Positions 50,300 through 62,782 are shown, counted from the first letter of the whole stretch. The stretch: 63,101 bases of DNA, filler included, from Hausera hauseri (GCA_046269625.1; 12 parts of 12 records of this genome joined end to end with filler, not necessarily neighbours in it), one strand, 5' to 3'. A program made the numbers and translations. The notes: a model not told the origin generated them from the sequence alone.

Positions 50300-51490
50300 A
50301 AAAAATTAGTTTCCAATTCTTAAATCGATATTCTTTTTGAATTGAAAGTTGTTTCGTTTTATAACAAAGAAAATGAATAAGAAGAGGAAATAATAGAGAA
50401 AACAAAGAAAATGAATAAGAAAATAAAGAGAAGAAAGAATAAACTTCTGAGGCAAACAATTATTGGCATCTCAGGTGGGGCACAAATTGAAAATAAAATA
50501 AATGATGCGATGAGATTACAGAATAAAAAACAATTGAAGAATAAAGATGCGAATCTAGTCGATTCAATGAATTTATTCATCCAAGTGCCGACTATATTTT
50601 CTGAGATGAAATATCACCTTTACTGTGAATTTAATTGTTTTATGGATACGAAAATTAATAATTGTATACTGGCACAATTTCGGAATCACTTTGAAACAGT
50701 TGAAATACCTGGTGTTTCGTTGAGAGTTACAAATGATCTATATGAAAACTCAAAAGTTGTACTATCAGCAATAGAGAAGAATTTCAAAGATTTCTTGATT
50801 CCCGGACTAAAATTATCACAGTTTGACGCCGATATGAATAAAGAGGGAATTACTAAAGAAGCAAACCTACAATCAGGTATTTTTGTTCAGCTTCACGGAA
50901 TTGAGATGAATATAAATGATCTCGATAAACACATCTAGACTGTGAATATTCAAATCAAATCAGATATGAAAGAAAGAATGGATTTAATCATGATGATTGA
51001 ACGGAGTTTATAAAAATGGAATATGTCTGACAAACGAAAAGAAAAATTTAAAGGATATTTCCCTAAGAAAATAACGGTTTTAAATGGTGCAAGTGCTGTT
51101 AGGACAAAACTTTGCAATGACATCAAAATGCTTAAGCAGAATCGAAAATCTGAAGATAAATTGGATGTTATTGAAAATGAACGGCTTATATCTCATATTG
51201 CTTCATTGAAAGCAGAACTTGATTCAAGAGATCGAATTTAGAAACATGAAAATGTTGTATAAAGAAAATAAAATAACAGGTAATGCAAATGGATTCTTTG
51301 GGAAACAGTTGCTTTTGGACGAAATTTCAAATTTAAAAGATGGATTAAAAGCACTGAGTACGAAACATCTTACTTCAGAATCTGAAAGACAGAAAATACA
51401 ATTAAAATTTGACAAAATTATGGTCGAAAACGCGAAAATCATTGACTCCCTTCAAAACGAAATTAGTACAGGTAAAATAGAAAAGGCAAA
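50300..51490 (+). pseudogene. Decayed coiled-coil-rich coding region fused to the kinesin motor fragment
   Basis: Co-oriented K/E/N-rich ORFs 50411, 51023, 51219. Confidence 0.5.
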
Positions 51491-51494
51491 TATT

Positions 51495-52176
51495 GATAAC
51501 ACCGATTTTCTTGTAAAATATTCGCTCGATGAAATATACAACGAAAAAATTTATGACCTGCTTGATCACGAACAGCAAAATTTGAACTTAAGAATAAATT
51601 TGGCCCAGGAAGTTTTGATTGAACTTCTAACAGAGGTTGTTATTAACAATCCAACTGATGCAGAAAAGTATTTGAAACGCGGTCTTACAAATCGCCATGT
51701 CGAATCTACCGCAATGAACAGAGAGTTCAAGAAGTCATGCAGTGTTTACTATCGTTTTAGAATCGTGTGTAAAAGATGGAGATATTGATAATATAATCCG
51801 TAGCAATTAATATCTTGTGGATCTGGCCGGAAGTGAAAAGCAAAAAGATACGAAAACCGAAAGGATGCGTCTGCGAGAAGCAGGTCACATAAACAAGTCT
51901 CTGCACATTTTACAAAAAGTCATCGGTTTGATTGTTAATAATTTTAATGGGAAAGCGATGCACATGCCCGTTTGTAAGTCAAAATTGACGTTTATGCTAA
52001 AGGATGCCATCGGCGCTAATTCTAAAACGTGTCTTATTGCCTGCATCCATTCATCGGTAAGTTATCTCAGCGAAACTTTGTCAACAATCGATTTTGCTTC
52101 ACGAGTTAAAATGATTAAGAACAAAGCGAAAATTAATATCGATGCCTGTTGGAACAATGTCGCAACATTTAAATAA
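51495..52176 (+). pseudogene. Kinesin-12 (KIF15-like) motor C-terminal two-thirds; intronless, frameshifted, no P-loop
   Basis: EIYNEKIYDLL, NRHVESTAMNRE/SSRSHAVFTI, DLAGSE, EAGHINKSL, SKLTFMLKDAIG, ETLSTIDFASRVKMIKNKAKIN. Confidence 0.9.
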
Positions 52177-52376
52177 ATTCGTTTTTGTTGGATTTACATA
52201 ATATTTAACTGGTAGACTCGTGGATCGGAACCACGCTCTGCTACCATTTGATGGATGTTTTATAATGTGTTGATATAGCGAACTACGTAATTCTCTTTTT
52301 AAACAATTAGTTAATCTGAACCCTAACTCATTTCCCGGTGTTAACTTTATTGTCTTCCTCTTGGGCCCATTTAATC

Positions 52377-53276
52377 TCACTTTTGGTATACCCACATTTT
52401 ATTCTCCCATTCATAATTCTCTCCCAATCCCCGAAATCCATTATCAAAGATATAACTATATAAAAAAACATTTAACTTAATTTTGGCAACACACTTGGCC
52501 ATTGTTGACGGAGTGCCGCTCTCCGGGGGATTCTCTCCACCATTAAATTTGTGGCCCAAAACATACATACTGATTTTATCAGACATACGTTCATTCATTC
52601 GCACCACACAAACCCTGGCAGGGTCCATCAGACTGAAGAACGAACAATAACTCATAACGGTACTATTTACACAACACACAAATACCTTCAACGTCTCTGG
52701 TATGATCAAATGTTCATCGGCGTATGTAAAGGCATCAGTGGATTTCCATTTCTGTATTAAATTTGAGCTTGGAGTGGTTTTCCATTTAGTTATGATCTCG
52801 TTTAAATCATGACCTTCCGAAGAACCGATATCTTTGAATGAAGCAAACACTTCTCGACTAATAAGTTTTGGAACGTTCAATAAATCAAACTGATCACCAA
52901 TTTCAGAACCTGATATACTTCTTTCACATATTTTCACAACATTAAATCGTATTTTTGTTTCAGAAATTTGTTGAGAAATAGAGACAGATACCATTTGTAA
53001 CTCTTTCATATCCAAATAAATCATTTCAGAATGTTGTATTTGTTTCTGTAAATAAGACGATTGGGACACTTTTGATCGTCTATATTTCTGAGGCCTCTCC
53101 TGGCCTGAATTCTGCCTATTTTTTGGTGAGATGCTAAAGGCATGGCCCTCGGATTTGCCCGCATCTATTGACATCTCATTTTCACCCAATTTGTTAGTAT
53201 TTCGCATAAAATTTGATGTGGTTGATTTTGTCCTTAACAGGACTTTTAAATCATACATTTTTGATTTCAATTTCAT
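52377..53276 (-). CDS. Hypothetical protein (299 aa; may continue into 52099-52395)
   Basis: Long stop-free ORF in AT-rich DNA; no motif recognised. Confidence 0.5.
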   Translation of the reverse strand: MKLKSKMYDLKVLLRTKSTTSNFMRNTNKLGENEMSIDAGKSEGHAFSISPKNRQNSGQERPQKYRRSKVSQSSYLQKQIQHSEMIYLDMKELQMVSVSISQQISETKIRFNVVKICERSISGSEIGDQFDLLNVPKLISREVFASFKDIGSSEGHDLNEIITKWKTTPSSNLIQKWKSTDAFTYADEHLIIPETLKVFVCCVNSTVMSYCSFFSLMDPARVCVVRMNERMSDKISMYVLGHKFNGGENPPESGTPSTMAKCVAKIKLNVFLYSYIFDNGFRGLGENYEWENKMWVYQK

Positions 53277-53399
53277 TCAATTGATAATTCAATTTTTCTC
53301 ATCAATTTTTAATTAATTCCTTAGCTGCCACAGCAGCTCATATTCCCATATATGCTTTATATTTTTACCTTATTAAATTCATTGTATGCCTTTTTATAA

Positions 53400-54100
53400 G
53401 ATGTTTGTTACAACAAGATTTTCGGAACTTTACGCATACAGTCAGTCGAAAATAGCTTATATATACCGGCACTTCTTCATTATTTTCACCATATCTATAA
53501 TTTTCTCATGTGTTTTATGTCCTAACTCAAAATTAGAATATATTAGACAATCCCAATGAATTTGCTGATTTTTACGCATAACATAGATCTTCGTAACTTT
53601 TAGTTGAAACCAGTACTTGTGCATTATACTGTCCGCATTTCCTTTTTCTCCTGAGACTTATTTCGTTATTTTAAATTACAGGATATTGTACAATCTTAAG
53701 ATTTAACGAATTTACACACACATTCATTGAACATAAGATAACTTTCAGATATATCTCGGCACTTGTTCAAACGATTCTGCGTCGATGTTATTTCATCTCT
53801 TAACCAAGAATTCTCTTCGGACAACCGTAAAATCATTACATTTAATTTCATCATACTCGCTTCAACAATATCGAAATAATCCGTAAACATAAGAATCAAT
53901 TCAGCTTCATTAACATCCAATTCGACTTTTTCCTATGCTTCTTTAATTCGCCGAACTTTTTCATCTTCAGTATTTAGAAAATCATTCGATTCAAATGGCT
54001 GGTAATTGAATTTTAAATTATCCAGATAATCCGAACGCAAAGATTTCAATGTAACAACGGAATTTTTTGCTAATGCCGATATATCGACACACTTTTTCAT
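53400..54100 (-). pseudogene. KLC: Kinesin light chain N-terminal heptad region plus degenerate TPR remnant
   Basis: LKSLRSDY..EKVRRIKEA*EKVELDVNEAELIL..RLSEENSWLRDEITSTQNRL resembles KLC LELGLSEAQVM..RLCQENQWLRDELANTQQKL. Confidence 0.8.
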
Positions 54101-57100
54101 TCTGTAATTGTATTATAATGTTTCGTGAAGATTGAATCATGCAATTATAAAACAATAGTTTTGTAAAGACTGTCTAACGGACTCTCAACTCACGGTTAAC
54201 CATGATTATTCTTGCTCTCCAGTTTCCCGAACCCTGCCAGGGATCATGTCACACTCACACTTATTTTGCACACTCTGTTTTTATATCACGCACGCTCATT
54301 CAACGATTTAACCCTTAACAACCCAATTTTTAATACAACCATCACGCACAATGCAACAAACATATGAACACNNNNNNNNNNNNNNNNNNNNNNNNNNNNN
54401 NNNNNNNNNNNNNNNTTAATTAATTAANNNNNNNNNNNNNNNNNNNNNNNNNNNNNNNNNNNNNNNNNNNNTAATAAAAAAGAAGGGGGGAATAGACATC
54501 ATCTAGAACCTAACTTACATCTACTAGAAAGAAACAACACGCCACTACCTCATCACCCCATCCTCCAAATAACGCATCTCACGTCTAACTAAAGAAAAAG
54601 AAATTATGTCATCAAAAAGAATGCTGATGATGAAAGTAAAAAAGAATGATGATGATGAAAAATAACAAGCTCGCATACGAATGAATAAGAAGAATCCCAC
54701 CCCTCCATCAATATAATGAAGCCTATCCTTAACAGAAAATACACTAGTCACCTGCGGATGACCCGCCGATCTTGCAGCGGCCGACCCCAGCACCCTTGGA
54801 TGACGCCAACTTTATCAAGGATTACAAAACACAAAACATAATTACTTAATTACACAAAACACATTATTTAATTAAAAACAAAAACATGCAAGAGTTGTCA
54901 CCCCCTTAAAAATTTCCAAAAAGTAGTCTCCCCCTTACGGCGTTCCTAACAGCTCCGACATTATTTTGCTATATGAGTCAATTAACGCCTCCTAACGCCT
55001 CCAACGCCTCCAACAGTATTTTGCTGTATGCGTCAATCAACGCCCGCTGAAATACGACCCCGAAGCACGCCTAATACTACTGAAGATGTGGCTGCTCATG
55101 AAGAATGATGTAACTTATTTCTCATGCCTCATCGGATTGGCCTGTGCCCCTTATTCAGCACAACATCTCTGTTGTTCGCGCAATTGTTTGTGACTATTCA
55201 TCAGGGCGTCATCCGCATGTGATATCACTTCCCATGATCTGTTAGCCTGCGATTCCCAATGTGTACATGTTAAAGGGCACTGGAAATATGTGTAACCCGA
55301 GCAGAAGACCCAGGAAAATTGTTGTTGGTTCAGATGCCCAGCATTCAGATTTAAGCACGATGTTTCTCTGACTGGGCCACGACCCGTAGCCGACCCAGAT
55401 AGTGTGGTAGGAACGAGAGATGAGATAAATAAGCAAAGAGAATTAAACGAATTAAGTAAGAGAAAGAAATGAATTCAGAATTAGACGAGTAAGTCCACTT
55501 GATTTCTGGACGCTTCTAGAACGATGGCGTTAGTACTTAACACGCTAATCCGGGTCTTTATCACGTGGGTCACGTGATAAGACAGAGGCCATCTTGGCTT
55601 AAACTGAAGCAGGCAGGGACAGTTGGAGTTGGTTCGTCGAACAGGACAGTTGGAGCTCGTTCGTCGAACAAGACAGTAGTTTTTGACACTGTCGGACAAG
55701 ACTATGGTTGTTTTGTCATGTTTTAAAACTGTCTGAGCTGATTTTGTAAAGAATAGTCCGTGTTTACAGCGGTTGAAGCTTGATTGTGCAAGCAGGTCAT
55801 CTGTTCGCAAAGACCGACCAGAAACTACGGATTCGTCTGAGTTTCATCTTGAGAACGCATTTAATTCCAGTAGATTTGTTGAGCCAAGTTCTCAGTTCGT
55901 CATATCAACGGTAGATTTCGTTTATAAGTCTAAATTTACAATTAGCAGAGGCAAAACGCATCTACTATGGCTAAGTAAGTAGCAATTCAATGTTTATAAC
56001 TGTGTGAAGGGTCGTATACATATAATTAACCTCAGCTATAAACAACGTGTGAATTGGGTCACGGCAGACTGTAGTGACATTTTAACGTGTATTGTATTAA
56101 GCTGACCAGTGAAGTAATAATCCGAGGTCACAGTCGTGTAGCATAACTGTACTCAACCAAGTTGATCATGTTTAAGTGAATTTGGAGAAGTTTGAACGAT
56201 CTTGTGATGAAATTACGAGGCTGTATTGAGGAACTGTTTTTACGTTTTGATGTATGTAGACTTGCTCAGAACGAAATGAATATTCGTCTGCATTACTCAG
56301 TTCCTTGTATAATTGTAAAGGAAGCTGTCATCATATTACTTTAAAGAGGCTGAAGTTATCAGAACAGTGTAGAAGCAATCAATGTTCTAACTTAGTGAAA
56401 ACTGACAGTGAACTTGTATGTTATGGAAGTGATATCAAGGATGGAGAAAGTAACCTTGTTTAATAGTTGAAGCTGATGTTGATCTTCTGTAGAAATATAT
56501 TGTGACGTCACTTGAGAATGAATCGTACAATTTAGACAAAACGAACTCTGGTCAAAGTTATTTAGTCTTGTGCACATTCATCCAGGCTCGACCCCTCTGA
56601 CCTTGTTGGTCTGTTATACTGTTGCTGCTCAAGTTGATGTACAACGTCTTAGCTATTGGTTCCAGTTCTACCTTGGCAAAACCCTCTGTTGTTTCCTGAG
56701 GTTATCCTAATCGAGATCCCACCAACGCAGAGAATGACAGCAGATCCAGATCCTTCATCGGTCTATGGTTGGCGAAATCCGGTTTCCAGATGTTCCAGTA
56801 TGTCTCGCTCTGAAGATTCCTAATCCTATCTCGTGATGTGTCAGAAGGATTCACCAGTCGTCCAGTATGTTCCTGAGTTCCTTGAGTTCGAAGTATGGTT
56901 TATATGAGAATTGACTTTCAAGAACGTCGTGAATCAACCTTCAGCGTGTGAAAGAATCGAAGTACTTGTGAACTGTTTATCAAGGTTGTCTCTAGAAAAC
57001 TATTAAGAGAGGTGAACTGTCGAATATTTATCAAGACGAAATTCAAGGTGTGAAGTAGGAAAAGAGCTTCGGAAGGATATAAGGGTAATATAGTGTATTT

Positions 57101-57429
57101 TGTCAGTCTGTCTATTCCTGTTTGTGAATTATTTTATGTTGTTCATTCTTTCTTTATTGAGGTATGAAGTTAATAAATACTTGTCTAATTAATTATTGAG
57201 TTTCAGGAAGACTTCTTGAGTCTGGTGTTTAGTGTTCACTTAACTGTGGTCAAGATTGTTGTGTGTGCTTGGATAGGCTTATTGCAGTACATAAGGACTG
57301 CTACAGTTGCTTGGGATTGTTCGCGACAACGAATACTGAAGTACTCGATCACAACGCCAAGAGTGTGGGTCTCTAATGCCTTAGCGACATCACCCGAACC
57401 AGGTTGGTGAGTTTGGACACTCAATCACT

Positions 57430-57900
57430 ATATTCCGGCCAATCCACTCAGTGGAGTGTTAGGGTTATCTATCACAGTAAGGGTTATGGAGAATAGAAGC
57501 CGACAGCACTCTCCATACGAGATGATCTTCGGAAGAGAACCAATTCTGCCACTAGACAACTTACTGAAACCAAAACAAAAGTAACATGGAAAAGAATTCC
57601 ATAAATACTTATTACAGAAATTGCACGAGATCACGGTGAAAGTCAGTCACAATTTGAGAAAAGCATTTCAGAAGTGAAAAGAGAGAAATGATCTCAAGAA
57701 AGTCAATCAAGAGTTCGTGATAGGGGATAAAGTATGTTACAGAAAACACCACCGAACTTCAAAAAGGGAGAACAGATGGACACCAAGGTACACAATAATA
57801 GAGAAAAGAGGTCCAGTAACGTATGTGATAAGGAACCAATACACGGGTCAAGAGGCAAAAGCAACAATAGATCAACTGAGAAGAGATGGCAATAAGTTTT
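57430..57900 (+). mobile_element. Gypsy integrase C-terminal fragment followed by an acidic, purine-rich tail
   Basis: HSPYEMIFGREPILPLD, FVIGDKV, RWTPRYTIIEKRGPVTYVI. Confidence 0.8.
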
Positions 57901-60245
57901 CGGAAGAAACAAAGGAAGAAGACAAAGGCAAAATAAGAAAGTCAAAATACATAGTTGCACCAGAGGAAGACAATACAGAAATGTCGGAAGAAGAGAGTAC
58001 AAATGAAACAATCGATGAAGAAGAGAGTTACACAATGTATGAGATAGTGCCAATGCCAGCGACCTACGACAAACACAAGAGAAACTGAGACTAAGACAGA
58101 CGAGTGTCCCATATCAGAACACCCGAGCAGCGGCAAGGAGAAGATTTGAAGAAGCAAGGGCCAGGCAATTAAATAGATGTAGAAATATGAGAGAAACATC
58201 GTCTGATGATAGTGACCTACCGTTGTTGGAGAGGAAGAGAAGACTTGAGGTTAGAGAGAGACGGTAAGCAGAAGAAGTCGAGGGAGATGACAAGAAGACA
58301 CAAGAAGAGCGACAAGAAGGTAGTGAAAGAGACGAAAGCACCTCAAATACATTGGTAGAAGATACGGATACAGAAACCTCAGAGATGAAGTAAATGGTGT
58401 GAACGATGAAAAGACTGAAGGAGTCGGGCACATCCACAGAAGAAGAACCTAGAGCGAAGGTCACCAGACAGGCAGTATTGCAAAGAAGATATATCAAGAA
58501 AGCATAGGACATAAGAAAGAAACTAGAAAGCGAGAAAGCAAACACAGAAGCAGCGGTTAAAGATATAAAGGCAAGAAAGAAGGATAGAGAAAAAAGAGAT
58601 ATATGAATTAGAGAAGCAAGTAAAAGGACTAGAAGAGAAAAATATGAAACAAGCTGGAACAATAAATGAGCTGAGAAGGCAGTTGATAGATAAATTGTGA
58701 AAGTAAGAGAAAAGAAAGTACTGAATACAACGCACAGTGCAAAATTAACCAAAAGAAGTAGCGGAAGTAAATAAAGGAGAAGGACAAGANNNNNNNNNNN
58801 NNNNNNNNNNNNNNNNNNNNNNNNNNNNNNNNNTTAATTAATTAANNNNNNNNNNNNNNNNNNNNNNNNNNNNNNNNNNNNNNNNNNNNGCTGTTAAGCC
58901 ATGTGTGTCAAAACTGTTTACACAGGTGTCTGCAGAGGGCAGACGAACTGAAAGTCAGCCAGAAACCCGCTTTTTGTGTGACTATTTTAGTAATTTTTAT
59001 ACTTATATTTATTTTGTGTGAATTTATTTATGTTTATATAAAATAAAGCGAATTTAAAGTTTATGAGATTTAACTTTTAAAAATATTTGTATCAGTTACC
59101 ACACTTCTGGACTATCTGGTTTTGTCTACTAAGAGACTATATTCTCCCCAGATGTTTCCAGAAAGCCTCCGTGAGGTTCACAGAACAATGACTTGCTATG
59201 ATGGATTTTGCAGAATGTATTCCTGTTGTTAAGTCCCCCCTTGACATAATTCCCCTGCTCATCGTACTCTTCTGCTCTCTTAGATATTTTGTTAGTCTGT
59301 AAACACTTATTTCTTCTTTATCAAAACAGCATAAATGTAGACAATTTAATAAATTAGAAATAACAGCATGTTTACCATTTCCTGTCGAACATGCTGTCTA
59401 GTACTCGTGACAATGTCCCATTAAGTTTTTTACAGAATCACTGCTGACAGCGCCAGCTTCCATAAATATCCTGTTCTTAACATCAAAGCTCTACGGAGTT
59501 ATGTTCAGAAATGATGCTATTACAATAAACCTGTGACATGCCATGTTGTCTCTTACTATCACAAATACTATAATGCAGCCATCTATAACATAGGTTCCAT
59601 GTAACCTAAATCTTTGTATTTAGTAACAGACTTTAATGCAGACATGATTACAATAATCATACAGATCATGCACATTTATAAACCTAGTTTACATGTAATA
59701 GTACTTAGTTTTAACTCAGACATTCCAATTGACTGAAACTGGGAAGTCTTAATAATTCTTTAACAAATATTAAAGTCATCTTCAAACAAATGCGGTTGTT
59801 TTAAATAATCTAAATTACTGACATTTCAATCAGAATATTTTGTAGACATAAATAACAGCTCCTCATTCTCCCTGAAAGGATACAAGGAAGGAGCGAGGGA
59901 ATGCTGGTCTTTAGACAGGATCAATTACATTTAATTTAAAAAAAATATTCTAACACAATTTTTCTAATGGCAAAGGTCAAAAAAAATTTTTTTTAAACCA
60001 CAAATTATTACAACAAATATATGTGCATTAAATTTCAGTTCATAATGAATATTTACGATGTAAAATGTAATGCCAGACTACTTTAGGAAGCAGCTTCTCC
60101 ACATTCAGGACACAACTATAAATCTATAGTTTTATTCTGTTTTTTGTGGGAAAAATAAAAACTTTTAATAATGGACTGAAAAATATATACACAAGATTAA
60201 AGGGGTGATATCTGGAAACAGTGAAGCATCAAAACTGTAATGTGC

Positions 60246-60626
60246 TCAGTTGGTTAAATATGTTAAAGCTTCAACAATATTGCCTTTGTATTCTCGTAAG
60301 ACACGTTCTGCTTGTGTCCGTGAAATCTCCATTTCTTGAACAATGTAATCCACATCATCTTTATTGATCTTCACTTTTGACAGCTCTTTCTCTTTTTCAT
60401 GCTTTGCCTTTGCTTCCTTGTTCTGTCTGTCACTAACAACTCGCATAGCATCTTGAATATCTTGGGCAGCTATTTCCTTCTCTTCTACATAATCAGTTAC
60501 TTTTTCCAGATCTGCTGCACCGGCATCATGTTTTGCTACTTTTTTGCTTTTTGACTCAGATTCTGCATCATTGTCTTCGACTTCAGGTTCTTCTAAGTTT
60601 GCATGAGGTGTCTCGTTTGTCGCCAT
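60246..60626 (-). CDS. HYPK: Huntingtin-interacting protein K, intact and intronless (126 aa)
   Basis: KHDAGAADLEKVTDYVEEKEI..ELSKVKINKDDVDYIVQEMEISR..AERVLRE.KGNIVEAL. Confidence 0.95.
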   Translation of the reverse strand: MATNETPHANLEEPEVEDNDAESESKSKKVAKHDAGAADLEKVTDYVEEKEIAAQDIQDAMRVVSDRQNKEAKAKHEKEKELSKVKINKDDVDYIVQEMEISRTQAERVLREYKGNIVEALTYLTN

Positions 60627-60945
60627 CTTGTTTTCTTCCTGCTTCACTGAATTAGGTATATATTTCTGCGGGTAGGCCTCTGTTTTCTTCCTGCTTTTCG
60701 ACTGTGTGATCTTTTTCAAGGCTAACAGCCAATTTATAGCGAATAACCATTGTTTCGGGGTCTCTGGTAGGAAAACCGCAAAAGATGCTTCGTCATCTAA
60801 AGCTAGTTCAAGATTTATGGATCCGGATACACATTTATGAAACAAACCAACCATATTATTTCAGTAAACACCCTATTATGTAGGGTTTAGAAAAATAGTC
60901 TATAGACTCATTATATTGCTCCTCTCCACGGAAATCTTTAGTAAA

Positions 60946-62602
60946 TTTTTTTTTTTTTTTTTTTTTAAAGTTTAATAACCCACATCATACATGAAGTGAC
61001 TGTACAACACAGATGAGACATTTTGTTACGGAGAGCATTTACAAAAACAAAAGCATAAAAAGCATATTCCATTAAAATGTGTTACATAAATGAGTGTCGT
61101 CCTGTGACATTCGGACAAATGTATAAGTGTCTAATATACCCTTAATTAATTTTCACATGTGACTGGCAGTTAATAGACGGTTTCCCATTCGTAGGTGATT
61201 GATAACGGTGGGTACTTGTCTTCCGGCTCGTCTGGTTCTAACGCCTTCCAGATGAATACCCCATTGTCATCCGTATATCTGCATACTTTCCTCCAGCCCG
61301 GTTTTTCTTGCTTTATGAGCGTCCTTTCATCTGGCCTTTCTTTGGCGAGGCTGTTTCTTTCCTTGTCGATGAGATCTTCTTCGGAGCTTGTGTCAGTCAT
61401 TTGAGAGTCTGCATCAGCTGTTAGTTCATGAGTATGACCATCGGTTGATGGATCTTCGTCGTCCTCGTTTGTTCTTGATCTTGTACTGTTGTTTGTTGTT
61501 AACCTATGTTTGGCTGGTGTATGTTCTTTCGGTGGAGAATTCCTATGGCCTCTTTTCTTCTTCTTGTGAGTGTTTCCCTTCTTGGAGTAAAGGGCTTCTT
61601 CGTCGAGATCTTCCTTGCTCTGTTGATCATCCGGATTTTGCTCATCTGGGTGCTGTCTTTGCCTGGGTGGGCTGTTGGCGGGGATGATTTCCAGGTGTGG
61701 ATTGTCTTGGTTTAGTGGTTGGGGATGATTAGTTTTGGATTGATTAGCCGGGGGTTCTTTTGGTTGAGAGTCTGCTGCTGCTGTTTGTATGGACGCTTTC
61801 CGAAGATTTTTACGATTTTGCGGGCACTGGTTTGTCCAATGGTCATCTTTGCCACATATCTGGCATTGGGTTCTTCTGCCGGGAACAGTAATCAATATTC
61901 TGCATTTTATCCTGTTGCTATGACTTGCTGCGTTTAGATCCAAATAGTGAGGTACGGCTTTTTTCGGGACGCACGTAAATGTCCATTTATCGTTGTGTAA
62001 GGGGACAGGCAGTGGTTCTGCTTCTGGATCTCCAGAGATAAAGAAAGCCAGCTTCTTGGCGGTCTCTTTTTTTAAGGTTGGAGGCAGCCAATGCATTGTT
62101 ACCTTGGATCTGTCTTTTTCGTAGTGTTCAATGCTGACGGTGATATGTGGGTTTGTGTAGTTCAGGCTGATTCCATGTAGCTTTGAATAGGCTTGAATGT
62201 GAGCTGATTGTGTCAGTGTTGCATACCACTTGAATGGTTGTTCAAATCTGTACAGTGTTCTGAGCCCATTTGGGCCCACTCCCTCTAGCGCCATGAGTAT
62301 GCTTGCCATTTGGGCGTATGTCATTTGACTGGCTTGAGGTCCTGTAACCTTGAGAAGCAACGTGTTGGGCCTGTGAAAGGACGCGCCTTCCAAAGACTCC
62401 TTCACGTCAATGTCGAAGGTTTCAATCTGTGCTGGGAGTCCACTCATTCTGAAAAAGTCACGATCACAAACATTTAATATTAGTGACACCAATCTTAGTC
62501 TAGAAACACCGAAATGTTTCCGGCCATTTTTGTGTTAATTTTTTGATGAAGTGCAAGCCAAGGGCTTCACCCTGGTAGCGTAAAATCTTCCGAAACACCA
62601 AA
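60946..62602 (-). mobile_element. ORF1-only non-LTR retroposon (HAL1-like) with poly(A) tail and 16-bp TSD
   Basis: GGAAATCTTTAGTAAA at 60930-60945 and 62603-62618; 21-nt poly(T) on plus strand at 60946-60966; ATTAAA signal on the element strand. Confidence 0.9.
61170..62447 (-). CDS. L1/Tx1-like ORF1 protein (~425 aa from ATG 62447) with CCHC knuckle
   Basis: VTMHWLPP, VPHYL, ITVPGRRTQCQICGKDDHWTNQCP, charged disordered tail; no stops. Confidence 0.85.
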   Translation of the reverse strand: MSGLPAQIETFDIDVKESLEGASFHRPNTLLLKVTGPQASQMTYAQMASILMALEGVGPNGLRTLYRFEQPFKWYATLTQSAHIQAYSKLHGISLNYTNPHITVSIEHYEKDRSKVTMHWLPPTLKKETAKKLAFFISGDPEAEPLPVPLHNDKWTFTCVPKKAVPHYLDLNAASHSNRIKCRILITVPGRRTQCQICGKDDHWTNQCPQNRKNLRKASIQTAAADSQPKEPPANQSKTNHPQPLNQDNPHLEIIPANSPPRQRQHPDEQNPDDQQSKEDLDEEALYSKKGNTHKKKKRGHRNSPPKEHTPAKHRLTTNNSTRSRTNEDDEDPSTDGHTHELTADADSQMTDTSSEEDLIDKERNSLAKERPDERTLIKQEKPGWRKVCRYTDDNGVFIWKALEPDEPEDKYPPLSITYEWETVY

Positions 62603-62730
62603 GGAAATCTTTAGTAAAAGGCGAAAGATTTATACGCTGTGAAGAGAAACCAGACATTGTTTTCTTCTGAACGCATTTAGAAATGTCCTTAGAATTAATG
62701 ATCTATAAACTCATAGAAACACTGACTCCG

Positions 62731-62782
62731 TCCTTCAATGCCGTGTGTTCCTTCACAATGTCCTTCAATGCCGTGTGTTCCT
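62731..62782 (+). repeat. 22-bp direct duplication
   Basis: TCCTTCAATGCCGTGTGTTCCT twice. Confidence 0.85.

Noticed and set aside
54790-55060. Minus-strand LTR end with a TGGCGTCATC PBS and short tandem repeats
   Set aside because: Plausible, but no second LTR, clear tRNA match or gag supports it.
58114-58752. 212-aa hydrophobic minus-strand ORF as a membrane protein
   Set aside because: Antisense shadow of a purine-rich, E/K/R-coding plus strand.
4192-58889. Regularly recurring TTAATTAATTAA as a biological repeat, CRISPR repeat or piggyBac site
   Set aside because: Always centred in exactly 100 nt of N padding; an assembly linker.
60627-60854. 76-aa N-terminal extension of HYPK in the ORF track
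   Set aside because: HYPK similarity and a good start context begin at ATG 60626; the extension is probably open UTR.
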